From positions 1,560,083-1,624,082 of the forward strand of contig NW_003314277.1 of the NCBI RefSeq assembly GCF_000143415.4: a DNA stretch of 64,000 nt, given 5' to 3'. The DNA comes from Selaginella moellendorffii (Eukaryota; Plantae; Lycopodiophyta). The notes beneath the pieces were generated by a model. It did not search any database and had not been told where the DNA came from. It worked only from the letters and a program-made list of their open reading frames with translations. Positions 1 through 11,980 of the stretch are shown one piece after another; position 1 is the first letter of the stretch, and every line of letters begins with the position of its first letter. The position numbers and the translations under genes are program-made.

Positions 1-370
1 CTAAAGGTACTTCTTCCATTCCTGTCTTTTTGTCACTCTTCACCGAGAGTAAGCACAAAAAGGCTGCCTTAGTTCCTTTAGTGAGTTGTCCTCTCGTGGA
101 CACCAGGTTTAAGCAGGAATCTTTGGCCTTGCTTTGCCCTACCTTTAGATCCTGGGCTTCCACCCTAGATCTTCTTCCTTGGGCATTCGCCAGTACCACA
201 AGGTTCCTACCTTGTCCATGCAGGGCTACCACGAACCGATTGAACCAATCCATTCCGAAGATCACGTCAAATCCCGCCATATCCAACACAGTGAAATCCA
301 TGTCTACTTTCCATGTCCCTACTTCGACTCTCGCTTGTCGAAGTACCTCATCGGTGCTTTGGCTACCTTG
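1..370 (-). mobile_element. Ty3/gypsy aspartic protease (pol) fragment, running off the window edge
   Basis: Hand translation of the minus strand gives ...KVDMDFTVLDMAGFDVIFGMDWF..., the gypsy protease C-terminal (F/Y)DVILGMDW motif. Confidence 0.7.
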
Positions 371-1189
371 AACAAACTCCCCGATAGTTTCTTGGGCGAG
401 AAGGAGCTGTTTCCACTGACCTCCTTCTCGAGGATTTCCTTTTGCAGAACTCGAAGCCTAGAGAGGATCGGGAAGACATACTACTGGTTCTTCAAGCGCC
501 AAATTTCAGCGCTAGAGAATGAAAGAGTGGGGAAAAGTCCGATGCTAGTGCAGCTCCGACCATTCTTCTCAATCCCTGTCGGATAGACTCGAAGGAATGT
601 CCCCGAATGAGGCTCGAATGTGCTCTTGGCACAAGTGATCCAGGCCAGGCCAGGCCACAGCGACAACTAGCGCGTGGATCTCCGCCAGATCGGCATTGAT
701 AGCTGCCAAGAGAAATAACTGGACGCTCGAAAAAGAGTAACAAGGGCAAATGCCGCGATCGCAATCTTCCACGAGAAAGAACCTCGATCTTTCATCTTCT
801 GGAAGATTTCCAGTGCCCGCACTTTCCATACATTTCTATGACCAGATTAGCAAGGAACCTCGAGGCCACTGGAGACGATTTTCCTCGTGGATGCGCCTTC
901 CCCCTCCCAGATCTGTGCTCATCGCATTCTCGCCCAGGCGCCCACCGCTGGAGATCGCTCCTCCTTCCTGCAAATCTTCGCTGGATGGCACCTCCTCGTC
1001 AAGGCTCAAGAACGATGCCATGGAAAACCACCGCCATTGCCATTATACGCTACTGCTGCACATTTTCGATCCAAGGGGCTCTTTACCCGGGCGGTCTGCT
1101 GCTGCCGGGTGTGCTCTATGAGTCGAGCAACATGGTCTTTCTTCTCAGTCTCAGACATCTTCAAACTAGGCTCACAAGCACAAGCACTG

Positions 1190-1470
1190 CTTTTCCGCGG
1201 TATGTATGGTTCTTCTCGTGCTCATTTTGCTTATACTCTTGTCCAGTCCAGATCGCTTCATTCCTCATCTTCGCCACCCTTTGGCCTCGAGCATTTTCCA
1301 AGATAAAATGGAGGCCTGTAGTTCATCAACATCCAAGGCGTGGAGTGACCACAACGAGATGAGTTGGTGACCTGGTATACTTTTTTGTGTTATGCCATCT
1401 GCTCTTTGGAAACTTTTGAGAAAGCTTGCTCTCAGCTGATTGAGTTTGAGCTTGGTCAAGGCTCTCACAG
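1190..1470 (+). repeat. Direct repeat, copy 1 (intron plus exon-like fragment); copy 2 at about 4440-4708
   Basis: Near-identical text ttttccRcggtatgtatggttcttctcgtgctcattttgc...aggcctgtagttcatcaacatccaaggcgtggagtgaccacaa...caaggctctcaca at both sites. Confidence 0.85.
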
Positions 1471-2149
1471 GTTTATTGGATCTCTGGTGCAACCCTGGAG
1501 TTTTGTTTGTGGGTGAGTAAGCTTTCACGGTTTCAGAGCAATATATTATTGCCGCATCAAAATTTGGAGCTCCGAGTCTCACGCCCCGAGGATTTGAAAG
1601 GATCCAAACCTATGGACCTCCAGCTTTGACAACCAAGTGAAGAATAGATTCCCGGGACTAGGGTGCCTGGATCAAATCAAACTCGAGCTCAGACAAGCCA
1701 TCTTCCAGAACAATATCTTAAACAGATGTTGCTGGTTCTTGTTGCAGCATACTTATACTTTGTTTCTCAAAAGTAGCTTCTGCATCAGCTGCTTGCTCAG
1801 ATTGAGATACATACCTCCCATCCAACCCGTTTTGTTTGCCATGACCTCGCTAGAGCATGGAGAAAGCGAGAGTTTCATTCCATCGAGAAGAGAATGGTTT
1901 CTTTCTTGAGCTTGACAGTAGCAACGAGCACAAAACGAAAATCTCTTGCGCCGCTGTTTACATTATGGTATACGTTAAGAAGCAGTTAGTGTACACTTCG
2001 AACGGGAACCTGATGCTGGATATCTGGCTAGAATAAGAAAATATATTGGTAAGGTCACAGGTTCGAATCCACAGCCAGAGATCCAATCACATTTTTTTGT
2101 ATGAACGAGGATTTCTCTTCTCCGCAAAGTCGCTCTCGGAGCTAAATCT

Positions 2150-3853
2150 TCTATCGTGCCGATCGCGACGCCACGAATGATCCACGCCGCCGCGCCGGGT
2201 TCAGGCTCTTGGATCGCGCGATATTCCCTTTCGCTGGCAAATGCGAGCAGCAAGAACAGGGCATTCGATCGATGCGGCGTCAATCTTGTTCGATTGAATG
2301 CCCCAGAGGAATCTCGTGTCCTGCAACACGGTCGCACAATCCTCCATCAATCTCAACCAGGCAAACAAGATCTTGGATTGACGTGGTCGGTTGGCACTCA
2401 CTCAGTACACTGTATGCCCAGTCCGGGCATCATGAGATTTCCAAGAACAAGGAGTTCCGTGATCGTCTCCTGGAACGCGATGATCACCGCGTATGTGGCG
2501 GCATCCCGCATCCGAGAGTGAGAGTCTATATTTGATTGCGCCTCAGAGCGCCATGGAACTCGATGATAATGGCGCTCGCGCACCAGGGGCAAATTGTGGC
2601 AGCGAAATCGACCTTGGGCAAGAACGCCGGCCAAGGATCTCGTGTCCTGGACGAATCTACTGCCCAGAATGACAGGATGTTCCATGGGTTCCCCTTCCAG
2701 CAGTGAATACCAGAGGGGGGATTTGGCCACCTCCAAAGAGATCTTTGATTTCATGCCGGATGAAGACGTGGTACATGGACGGCGATGACGTCAGCCACCA
2801 AGGCTTCGTCGCCCTCACGAAGAACAGCTTCGGTCAAATCCCGGAGAAGAATCCAGTACCGTGGATCCTCGCATTTGCGAGAATGGGCATTTTGACAAGG
2901 CCGTTCACGAGATCCTGCGCAAGACCATTGTCTGCTGGATAGCTCTCACGCAAGTTTCAACTTGAGCGCCGCCATGAGCATGTTTGAGAGCATGAAGATG
3001 CGCACCTTGGTTTCCTGGATGACCAACGCTCAAAACGCTTGAAGGACAAAATCACACAACCATACTCAGGTGCTTCAATCCCTTTCGAAAGCTTCCACAG
3101 TCAGACCGTTTGCTTCTACATCCCAAAGAAACCAGGGGATACCTCCAAACCATTCAAACGCCATTTCAGCAGCATTCACTCTCTGCATTATCTCTTTGGC
3201 TTCTTCCTCGTAGTCCGTCACGCGTTTCCTCCAAGAAGACACAAGAGCATCGTACTCGTGCTTTTCCCACGGAGGCAGATAGCGAGTGAATGTTGTCCGC
3301 TTGGCTTTTCTGACATTGAACTCGTCTGGTGATGAAGCAGCAACAAGGGTTTTATTTCCAACCATCCGCCCCAAGTCCACTCACTGATCTATGAGATGGT
3401 AATCTACTTTGCTGTCCAGCACAATCTCCTGAGGGAAGTCTTCTCTATTCACCACCCTGAGCTTGTCACCCTCGAACATCAAAACAGTCGCTCTGGACTC
3501 GTAGATCATGACCGGAAGTACCAGAGGAATGCAGATTTACCAACCCCCGAATTTCCATTCAAATGGCAGCACAACATCCACATGAACGGCACCAGGATCT
3601 TCCTGATCTCTTTGTACAACGCATCGAATATCTCCTTCACGTACAGCTTCAGAATATTGTTGTGGAATGTGGTCAGACGAGCACCTTGAGCAAGAAATTT
3701 CATCCGTTCCAGATGGAACATTGATCCACCATGCCTGCTGAGATCTCCTAACATAGACTGCATGTTCCCACAGGAGGCAAAGCATATTATTGTACGTTTT
3801 AATTGAAAAGCATTTAGCTCAAGCGTTACAATGTTGCTATCCAATAAGAGCAC
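2150..3853 (-). pseudogene. Degenerate Crinkler/RHS (CR)-like P-loop NTPase gene
   Basis: ORF 3506-3853 has LYVKEIFDALY...NGNSGVGKSAFLWYF (Walker A). ORF 3075-3380 has AASSP...YLPPWEKHE...FEWFGGIP. This motif order is typical of CR-NTPases. Broken by stops and frameshifts; 3' limit approximate. Confidence 0.6.
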
Positions 3854-4439
3854 AACTCCTTAAAATGGACATTCCAACAATGGCCTAATCTTCATTATTG
3901 AGCTTAGTCCTTGTAAAAGATTGTAACCGAGCTTAGTCTTTGTGCTGTGGGTTCCTTGTAAAAGATTGTAATTAGAAGTTCTATGAGCTAAAAGAGTGAT
4001 GGAATCACAAGGAATTCAATCACGGTGGCGTTCTTCAGGCCACTTTAGCACACGACAATGACATCCTCAATGTTAACAATCCACCTTGCGTGTACTAGTG
4101 CTCCACGATCGGGCAAGTCTCCGCATAGGTTCATCATTTGGCGAGGAGCCCCACGTAGCTACATGTTATAACTTATGTCTAGCATTCTTGAGGCCAGTTT
4201 CGTCATACTAGATGGTACATCCTGACAAAGAACTTTTCTAATTTCGGAAGTGAATGTGATCTAGTCGGGAAGCCATTCCTTCCAAGACCATGTCCTGGTA
4301 GAGGATCAAATTAAAGCGTGGAAGAATTTCCCAGTGAGAGCGTAGGCCTAGCAGTCCATGCGACAATGTTGTGGCACTCGGGCATTTGATCGAACATTGC
4401 CCGTGCCATGTGTGTGTCGTTTTGAGTGTAGAACTCATG

Positions 4440-4708
4440 CTTTTCCACGGTATGTATGGTTCTTCTCGTGCTCATTTTGCTTATACTCTTGTCCAGATTG
4501 CTTCATTCCTCATAAATGTATTTTCCAAGATAAATGGAGGCCTGTAGTTCATCAACATCCAAGGCGTGGAGTGACCACAATGCAACTTGTGATGAGATGA
4601 GTTTGTGACCTGGTACACTTTTGTGTTATGCCATCTGCTCTTTGGAAACTTTTGAGAAAGCTTGCTCTCAGCTGATTGAGTTTGAGCTCGGTCAAGGCTC
4701 TCACAAGA
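4440..4708 (+). repeat. Direct repeat, copy 2 of 1190-1470
   Basis: Direct sequence comparison; small indels. Confidence 0.85.
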
Positions 4709-5639
4709 TTGGACAATAGTGTGAAAGACAGAAGATGGCCATACTTTTGGCACCCAAAACCATGTGTTTGACGACAAGCTTAACTTTCTAGTTGCACCAA
4801 GATCACCACCAATTCCACGAGGTGTGACTTGTTTATGTTTCCGCAGACAGGATCCATCGCCACCTTGAGGAAGCTCGTGAAGTTGATCGTCGAGATTACC
4901 CCAGACTGCAATTGTCCAGAGCCTGAAATGGCTTGGTTGATTCTGGGCTGGAAACGCTTTGGAAGCGATTATGTTGGAAAGGTATCGATTCGGCCAATAG
5001 CTGCTCTCCAGGATCCGCGTGGATCCTCCAAATCTCTGGCCTCGCAGCCCCTGGATGTTGTCCACGTGGATAGTTAGAAAAATCTTCCTTTGCATTCAAA
5101 TCTAATGAGAGGTGCTGAAACTATATTTTATTATCTCCCAGTGTTCATGGCTTTGTGGTTGTAGCATGGATGCTGTAATGTTCTATTGTGTAGGGTTGCT
5201 GGGTTCAATTCCCATCTGCCTCAACTTTCAATTAAGATTAATATGGTATTAGGGTTGCCCCCTAAACATCAACACTATTTTATTATTTTTTGCCCCCTAA
5301 ACGTGAATACTATTTTATTATTTTATTATTAAATTAACTGTGTTGAGTTAAGTACCATCTCCACTGTAGTCATGCAATCAAATTTTGTGGAAGGGAAGAT
5401 ATATATTTGATTTGCTCCAGCAGCACATAAACAGCACAAACATGCCATTGAGCTTACCAATTCAATCATATATACCAAATTCTCATCAGTTGTCACTTCA
5501 GCATAATCGATCAATCACACACAATGTTGTGCCATTGAATTCTCGATGACCCTGCCAGCATATGCAAACCTTCCTCACCATTTGAACAAGAAAGACGCTA
5601 GACAACAAGCTAGAAATAGTGAATGAGAATGAACTTTTA

Positions 5640-5780
5640 AACGCAGTTTATATTAGTGGTAAACCGGGTCGCAGTCGCTACCATGGCGCGCTCTGCCATC
5701 TGGAAGCATGGACGCTGGACGAGTTGATGGAATGTAGGGACTCTGGGCTTCACGGATGCCTAGCTTGCACACCGTTTCTT
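5640..5780 (+). pseudogene. Second small CR/RHS-like NTPase fragment
   Basis: ISGKPG...EAWTLDELMECR resembles a collapsed Walker A plus the PxWTLEEL motif of CR-NTPases. Confidence 0.4.
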
Positions 5781-6022
5781 CTACTGCGGTGGAGAAGTTT
5801 TGGACAGCGGGAAAGCCTATCGAGAACCTGAAAAGTATCATGGAGTCCCGGGCTCCAACAAGTTGGGAGGAAATGCGGAGGATCTCGTGATAACCAACTG
5901 TCTTCGCCATTATCATCTCCAAAGGGAGCCCGATTGCAGTATAAAATTTGGATCCGGTAGAGAATGGGATTTCATTATAGAGATCGGTGAAGAAGTTCGA
6001 TATTTGCTTACTTCACAAGGTC

Positions 6023-6094
6023 GGGCATTTGGTCTAGTGGTATGATTCTCGCTTTGGGTGCGAGAGGTCGCGAGTTCGATTCTCGCAATGCCCC
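6023..6094 (+). tRNA. trnP-UGG: tRNA-Pro (TGG)
   Basis: GGGCATT...AATGCCC acceptor stem, TGGTCTAGTGG A-box, anticodon arm CTCGC-TT-TGG-GT-GCGAG, GTTCGATTC T-loop, downstream T-runs. Confidence 0.97.
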
Positions 6095-6126
6095 GGCAAT
6101 TCTTGTTTTTTCTCTTTTTGTTTTGT

Positions 6127-8049
6127 TCAAGTCTCCATTTCTTTTGCGCCAAGCGAATATATGTTGGTGATTAGCACGTAAGCTTCAGTGCCTTGTGGAT
6201 CTAGATCAATCAAATTCTCAGCTGCTAGTTTTCCCAGCTCAACACTAAACTGGCTTCTACAGGCTCCCAGGAAGCACGTCCAGTCCAGAGCATCTGGCAC
6301 AAAAGGCATATTCGCCACAAGATCCTCGGCATCTCTCAGGCGATTGGCCCTTCCCAGAGCATCAACCACGCACAAGTAGTGAGGCTTTGCAGGAAAAATG
6401 CCAAAGTCCGAGACCATTGACCGGAAAACGCATCCTGCGGAATATACCCCTCCCATGTGGCTGCATGCGACGAGGACCGGAACGAACCAAGCCTGCTCGC
6501 AAGCCTCTGCGGTGTTTCCCTGATTGAAAGTTTGTAGAGTTTCACTGGCATGGCCATTGTATGCATAGATCGCTAGCATTGTGTTCCAGGAGACCGGGTC
6601 TCGCTCTGGAAAGGAATCGAACAGCCGACGTGCCAGGGAAACGCTGGGCATTGCGGAGAGCATCGAGTTCCAAGATGCCAAAGTCCTGTGTGGCATCTTG
6701 TCAAAGAGTGCTTTAGATTCCTGGATATACCTTTGTCTGGCATATGCTGTAAGGAGTATGTTTGAGGCTAATGAGTTGTGCTCTGGCATAGCGTCGAAAA
6801 GATTCCTTACCATTTGCGCATCACTCGCTTGCGAATATCCGGATAACAAAGTTGACCACGAAACTATATTCTTCTGGGGCATATTCTCAAACACAAACTG
6901 TGCTAAAGACATATGCCCATTTCGGATATATGCTGCAATATTCGAGTTAAGCGAGAAGAGGTCGTGTCTAGGCATTAAGTTGAAAAAGCTCTGAGCTTCA
7001 ATTAAACTGGTACAAGCCTCAGAAATCATTGCAAACATAATATTCCAGGAGACAACATTTTTCTGTGGCATTTCAGCAAATACTCTCTTAGCTTCTGGCA
7101 TTTTCCCAGATGTGCTATATGCCAATAGCAAAGCAGTCCACGAAAAAATATCCCATTCTTTCATTTTATAAAAAAGAATCTTTGCTTTCTCTACACAGCC
7201 GTTGTGAGCGTAAGCGGAAAGCATTGCATTGAGTGATACCAGATTCCATTGAGGCATTTGAAGATGTATAGTTTGCGCAAGCTCTAAATGCCCGCTTTGG
7301 GCATATGCAGTAAGCATAATTGTCTGGCATGCTATGTCCCTCTCGGGCATAGAATCGAATATCCTCTTCGTTCTCTCCAGGTTTCCACGGCGGGCATACA
7401 ATTCCAGCACAGAACTCCACGAGAACAGATCGCGCAGCTCCATCGCCCGGAAGAACATCTCTGCGTTCCTCTCATCGCCCAATGCCGCGTACGCCGCGAG
7501 CATCACATTCTCCGCCACGAGATTGTGCTCGGGCATGGAATCGAAGAGCTGTTTGGCGTCAAAGAATTGATTGCGCTGCTGGGCGATGGCTGCGAGGAGC
7601 GACGTCCACGAGACGAGATCCAAATGTGGCATCCGAGAGACGAATAGCATCTGGGCGTCGTCGATCCGTCCGGCGCGGGCAAATGCCGCGAGCATCGACG
7701 AGCAGCTGACGAGATCGTGCTGGGGCATCCGATCGAAGGCGTGCGCAGCCTCAGCGATATGCCCGTTTCGGGCATACGCGCCGAGCAATGCCGTCCAGGA
7801 CACCACGTCCGGGGCACCGATCCGGTCGAAGATATTGCGCGCGTGGGCGATGCTCCCACACGCCCCGTAGAGCCCGATGAGCTTGTTGGAGATGAAAGCA
7901 TCCCGGGCGAGAAGAGGATCTTCCTTGATCTGGCGATCGATTTCCCTGGCAGTGGGAAGATCTTTGCAAGATTGTATGAAGCCGAGCGCTTGTTTCCTGT
8001 CCATCTTAGGGTTTATCGTGAGGAGCGGGAAAACGAATCTTCTTAGCAT
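6127..8049 (-). CDS. PLS-class pentatricopeptide repeat protein with C-terminal E domain, no DYW domain
   Basis: 640-aa intronless ORF with many ~31-aa repeats (FDxMPxxDxVSWxxLLxAYA), ending in [12 protein letters not shown]...[17 protein letters not shown]. Confidence 0.95.
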   Translation of the reverse strand: MLRRFVFPLLTINPKMDRKQALGFIQSCKDLPTAREIDRQIKEDPLLARDAFISNKLIGLYGACGSIAHARNIFDRIGAPDVVSWTALLGAYARNGHIAEAAHAFDRMPQHDLVSCSSMLAAFARAGRIDDAQMLFVSRMPHLDLVSWTSLLAAIAQQRNQFFDAKQLFDSMPEHNLVAENVMLAAYAALGDERNAEMFFRAMELRDLFSWSSVLELYARRGNLERTKRIFDSMPERDIACQTIMLTAYAQSGHLELAQTIHLQMPQWNLVSLNAMLSAYAHNGCVEKAKILFYKMKEWDIFSWTALLLAYSTSGKMPEAKRVFAEMPQKNVVSWNIMFAMISEACTSLIEAQSFFNLMPRHDLFSLNSNIAAYIRNGHMSLAQFVFENMPQKNIVSWSTLLSGYSQASDAQMVRNLFDAMPEHNSLASNILLTAYARQRYIQESKALFDKMPHRTLASWNSMLSAMPSVSLARRLFDSFPERDPVSWNTMLAIYAYNGHASETLQTFNQGNTAEACEQAWFVPVLVACSHMGGVYSAGCVFRSMVSDFGIFPAKPHYLCVVDALGRANRLRDAEDLVANMPFVPDALDWTCFLGACRSQFSVELGKLAAENLIDLDPQGTEAYVLITNIYSLGAKEMET

Positions 8050-8173
8050 AATTTTGAAATAAATCCAACGGTCTAGATTTGTTTGAATACTACCGTCAAA
8101 ATCTAGTAAACAAGTGGAAAGCGAGGAAGATATTTGAGGATACTTTCAGGCTTTCGTCTCTCTCGTTCTGGCG

Positions 8174-9930
8174 ATGGTGCTCACTGGATCGAAATGGTCG
8201 CCATCGCCAATGCTGTGGGAGCTCCAGCAGCGCAAGCTCGTCTCTCCCGCCTCGAGGTAAAATGTTCTCTGGATTTCTGACCGATTTTCAGTGGATTGGG
8301 ATTTTAGGCAGTGCAAAGCCGCGGCTAGCAAGCAAGAACACACTGGAAGCGGCACAAATCAGCAAGATTACTATGAAATTCTCGGTGTTCTTCCGGGTTC
8401 CAGCATGGAAGCCATCCGCAAGGCGTATAGAAAGCTCCAGAAGCAACATCATCCAGACATTTCGGGATCAAAGGTAAAAGAAGACTAGAAACCTCATGGA
8501 TGATTTTCTTAGTTTCTTTCTTGTCCAGGGCCACGCAATGACTCTCATGCTAAACGAGGCCTACCAAGTTCTAAGCGATGAACGTTTGCGTTCCAAGTAT
8601 GATGCTTCGCAGCCTCACTTGGCATCAACTAGAACGATGAATTACTACTACTCCAAGCCTTCGTTTACTGGATCCATGTATAGTACCTGGAATGGACCGG
8701 ACAGGCCACAAGGCATCTTTGTTGACGAGAACGTGTGCATAGGTAAAGAACAAAAGCCTTTCTCTTCATTTTCACTATTTTATCTTTTATCTATTTTGGA
8801 AAATAACAGGCTGCCGAGAATGCGCGTTTGCAGCAAAAAATACTTTTCTTTTCGATGAATCCACTGGTTGTGCCCGTGTCAAAGCACAATGGGGTGATTC
8901 GGACGAGACTGTCAAAGTAAGTGAAACTTATCTTCTTCTTTTCTTAAAGCTTGGTTTTTCTTTTTCGTCTTTTTTTTTTTTTTTTTTGCAAAAGGTGGCG
9001 ATACAAACTTGCCCAGTGAATTGTATTCACTGGGTCGAGCGATCTGATCTATCTATCTATGAATATTTGATTCGTCCACAGCCGAGGCCTAGCAATGGAG
9101 TATACGGCGGTGGATGGGAGAGGCCCTCCAACATCTTCATGGCTGCAAAGGCTTTCAAGCACCAGCACCACAAATCACAGCAGCAGGATAAAGGTTTGCA
9201 CAGTTCTTACAAAGTTTTCTTCTAGTTTCTTCTCACTGATCAGTTCACTGCTATTCTAGATTCAAGCTTGAATATGTCCGAGACTCCAGCACAAAGAAAA
9301 GCTCGGATGGACGCAGATTTAAAGCTGAAAATGGGACCGTTCTGGAGCATGTTTGCATGGATGAATGGCAACGCTTCGTCCGGGACAAGGCGTTCCAACG
9401 CTGCTGGAAGCGTAAAGTCCGAAAGGAGGAGACCCCTGTTTGGGAAAGCTTGCACCTCCGAGATTTTCAGCCATCGCATTGCACTGGCAGATAAAGCAAA
9501 GGTAAGTTTCTGGTTTTTCTTCTCTAGATTCCATAGTAACTTTCCTTGGCAGACTGTTGCTATGATTCAAGAGTGGGCCATCAACTTTGCATCGTCCAGC
9601 GAGCTTCCCTTGCCGATGCCTTTCCAAGCGGACTCGAACGAAAATGGCGTGCAACTCAAGCTAATCTCCACTGGCGATGGAGTCTTAAAGTCGATCGGTT
9701 CTTTCCTAGTGACCTGCGAGATTCAAGAGCCAGTAAGTACTCCTCAAGAACAAGAAGAACAAGGAGGAAGCGATCAGTCACAACCCGAGTGCTTCGTTTG
9801 CATCACTCGGCTTGGTTCCACGACAACAGGCCCACTCCCCGGTGAATCCAGGATCGTCAAACTTGTAAGAGATTTACTGCTCCAGCGAGATTCTTCGTAT
9901 GCTTCTTATCGCATTCCTCGCTCTGTCTAA
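8174..9930 (+). CDS. DnaJ plus 4Fe-4S ferredoxin domain chaperone (DJC76-like), multi-exon
   Basis: J-domain DYYEILGV...AYRKLQKQHHPD; ferredoxin motifs FVDENVCIGCRECA and AIQTCPVNCIHWV; C-terminal EWAINFASSSELPLPMPF; GT-AG introns of 50-80 bp. Start codon inferred. Confidence 0.9.
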
Positions 9931-10131
9931 AACGAAGGATCTAGCAACCGTGTATATAAGCCAACAAGATTAAGTTGCAACAAAATTAAATTTGGACTAC
10001 ATAAATTTTAAAGACGCTCGTCCGCGTGACAGGACCACTATACTACAACGACAATGACTTGATGCTATTTTTCCATTAGGGTAAAATTTTAACCTTTAAA
10101 AGGCCTTACAAGTTTAGGGCTTTTGACAAGA

Positions 10132-11190
10132 ATGATCATCGATGGATCAACACTGGAGGGCGGCGGCCAGATCCTTCGCAACTGCGTCGCCTTTGCGGCC
10201 ATTCTCAACATTCCACTCCACATTACCAACATCCGAGGTAACAGGGCCAAGCCGGGCCTCCAGCGGCAGCACTTGGCCGGCCTGAAGCTCGCAGTGGAGC
10301 TGTGCAATGCGCGAGCCACGGGGCTGGAGCGAGACTCCACTCAAGTGACCATCGTCCCCGGCAGCGAGATCAAACACGGCCAGTTCACGGCGGACGTAGA
10401 GAGCGCGGGGGCTTGCACGCTGCTCGCTCAGATCAGTCTCCCCATCGCCCTCTTTGGATCCGGCAGCTCCACCTTCGTCCTCAAGGGTGGCACCAACGTC
10501 CCATTCTCGCCACCTTTCGAGTACCTCAAGCGCGTCTTCCTGCCAGCCCTAGCGAGGTTTGGCATCCCCGAGGGCGCCGTGGAGGTGTGCGAGGAGAGGC
10601 AGGGGTTCATGCCGGGTGGTGGTGGTGAAGTTAGGGTTAGGATTGAGCCCCTGACGAGGCCACTGGTGGGTGCGTGCCTGGACGAGCGCGGGGACGTCAC
10701 GAAGTGTACGGCGTACGTGTCCGGGGCGTGTACGGCCGCGTTCGAGGCCGAGGTGGCGAAGGAGATACAGGACTGCCGGAAGTTGGCGGTGGCGATGGAG
10801 AGCGAGTTTAGGGTCAGGAGAGTGGATCGCGAAAGCAAGTGCCAAATGCAGGTGGTGCTTGTGGCAGAGACGAGCAATGGGCACCGGATTGGAGCGTCGG
10901 CGCTGACGGGCGGGAAGCGGAGCTCCGGGAAGGGACTGGTGGCGGCGGCGGTGGTGAAGATGGTGAAGCAGCTCGAAGGGGAGGTCTGTGTGGACGAGTA
11001 TCTGCAGGATCAAGTGGTGATCTTCATGGCGCTGGCGAGAGGGAGGTCGAAGATGAAGTGTGGAGAGATTACGCTCCACACGAGGACGGCCATCCATTTT
11101 GCAAGCCTTTTGAGTAGGGCGGTGTTTGAGATCCAAGAACTTGGAGGAGGAACCAACATAGTCTCTTGCGATGGCATATCATGTTTATAA
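10132..11190 (+). CDS. RTCA: RNA 3'-terminal phosphate cyclase (RtcA-type), intronless
   Basis: IDGSTLEGGGQILR, IRGNRAKPGLQRQHL, GGTNVPFSP, VDEYLQDQ and ITLHT with the catalytic His of class I cyclases. Confidence 0.93.
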   Translation: MIIDGSTLEGGGQILRNCVAFAAILNIPLHITNIRGNRAKPGLQRQHLAGLKLAVELCNARATGLERDSTQVTIVPGSEIKHGQFTADVESAGACTLLAQISLPIALFGSGSSTFVLKGGTNVPFSPPFEYLKRVFLPALARFGIPEGAVEVCEERQGFMPGGGGEVRVRIEPLTRPLVGACLDERGDVTKCTAYVSGACTAAFEAEVAKEIQDCRKLAVAMESEFRVRRVDRESKCQMQVVLVAETSNGHRIGASALTGGKRSSGKGLVAAAVVKMVKQLEGEVCVDEYLQDQVVIFMALARGRSKMKCGEITLHTRTAIHFASLLSRAVFEIQELGGGTNIVSCDGISCL

Positions 11191-11227
11191 ATAACCAACC
11201 CTCTTTTTAGATTTTCCATGCACATAG

Positions 11228-11980
11228 GGCTGTAGAGCGAGGACATTGGGCGGCTTGCCGTGGTATGCCGATCAACGAGATCTGGAAGGATTCATCCGGT
11301 TTGGAGATATCACCAGCGCCAAGGTAAAGATTCATTGCCTTTTTGCTTTGAAATTCTCTTCTTTTCTCCATTAGATAATGTATGACGAGAGAAACGTCCC
11401 AATGGGCTATGGCCTCGTCACCTTTAGCAGCGAGAGAGGCATGCGCAAGGCCATTGAGAAGATGAACGGCAAGCCGTTGCCGGACACGGGCCCTGAGCGC
11501 CACCCGCTAGACGTGTTTGAAGCAAAGCCAGGGAGGGACTCTTGGAGCTGGGACATGCGAGAGTGCGGGAGGTGTGGACTGCCCGGGCACAGCAAAAGGG
11601 ATTGCAACACCATTCCTCCTACCGATCCAAAGCATGTCTTTGCGGGAGAGCTCGAGAGCGACCCATTTAATCCTGAGGTGAGTTAAAAGTTTGTAATTTC
11701 TCCCCTTTTGTGACTGAAAGTTTGTAATCTCAAGGGAATGGAGTACATGCTCACCCGTGAGGACTGGCCATGGGAGCCTCCATCGCCTGCTTACAGCCAG
11801 AGAGAATGGCGGCAGGTGAGGAGAAGGTATTGGAGGATGAAGGTCCCTGTGGATCCAAAGCGACTCCAGGAGAGCGTTTTGAGAGCCTTTTCTATCTTAC
11901 CGCCTGAGGAGTACTTCCACGATGATACGCTAAGATCTGATGGCTCTTGCCGTGAGGTCCCCAGGATTATCAGGCCATAA
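11228..11980 (+). CDS. RRM plus CCHC zinc-knuckle RNA-binding exons (RZ-1-like); start codon not found
   Basis: Spliced reading LGGLPWYADQRDLEGFIRFGDITSAK|IMYDERNVPMGYGLVTFSS (RNP2 and RNP1), then CGRCGLPGHSKRDC. Confidence 0.7.

Noticed and set aside
5140-5225. tRNA/SINE-like A-box and B-box (ggttcaattccc); similar B-box at ~2060
   Set aside because: No convincing cloverleaf, tail or TSD.
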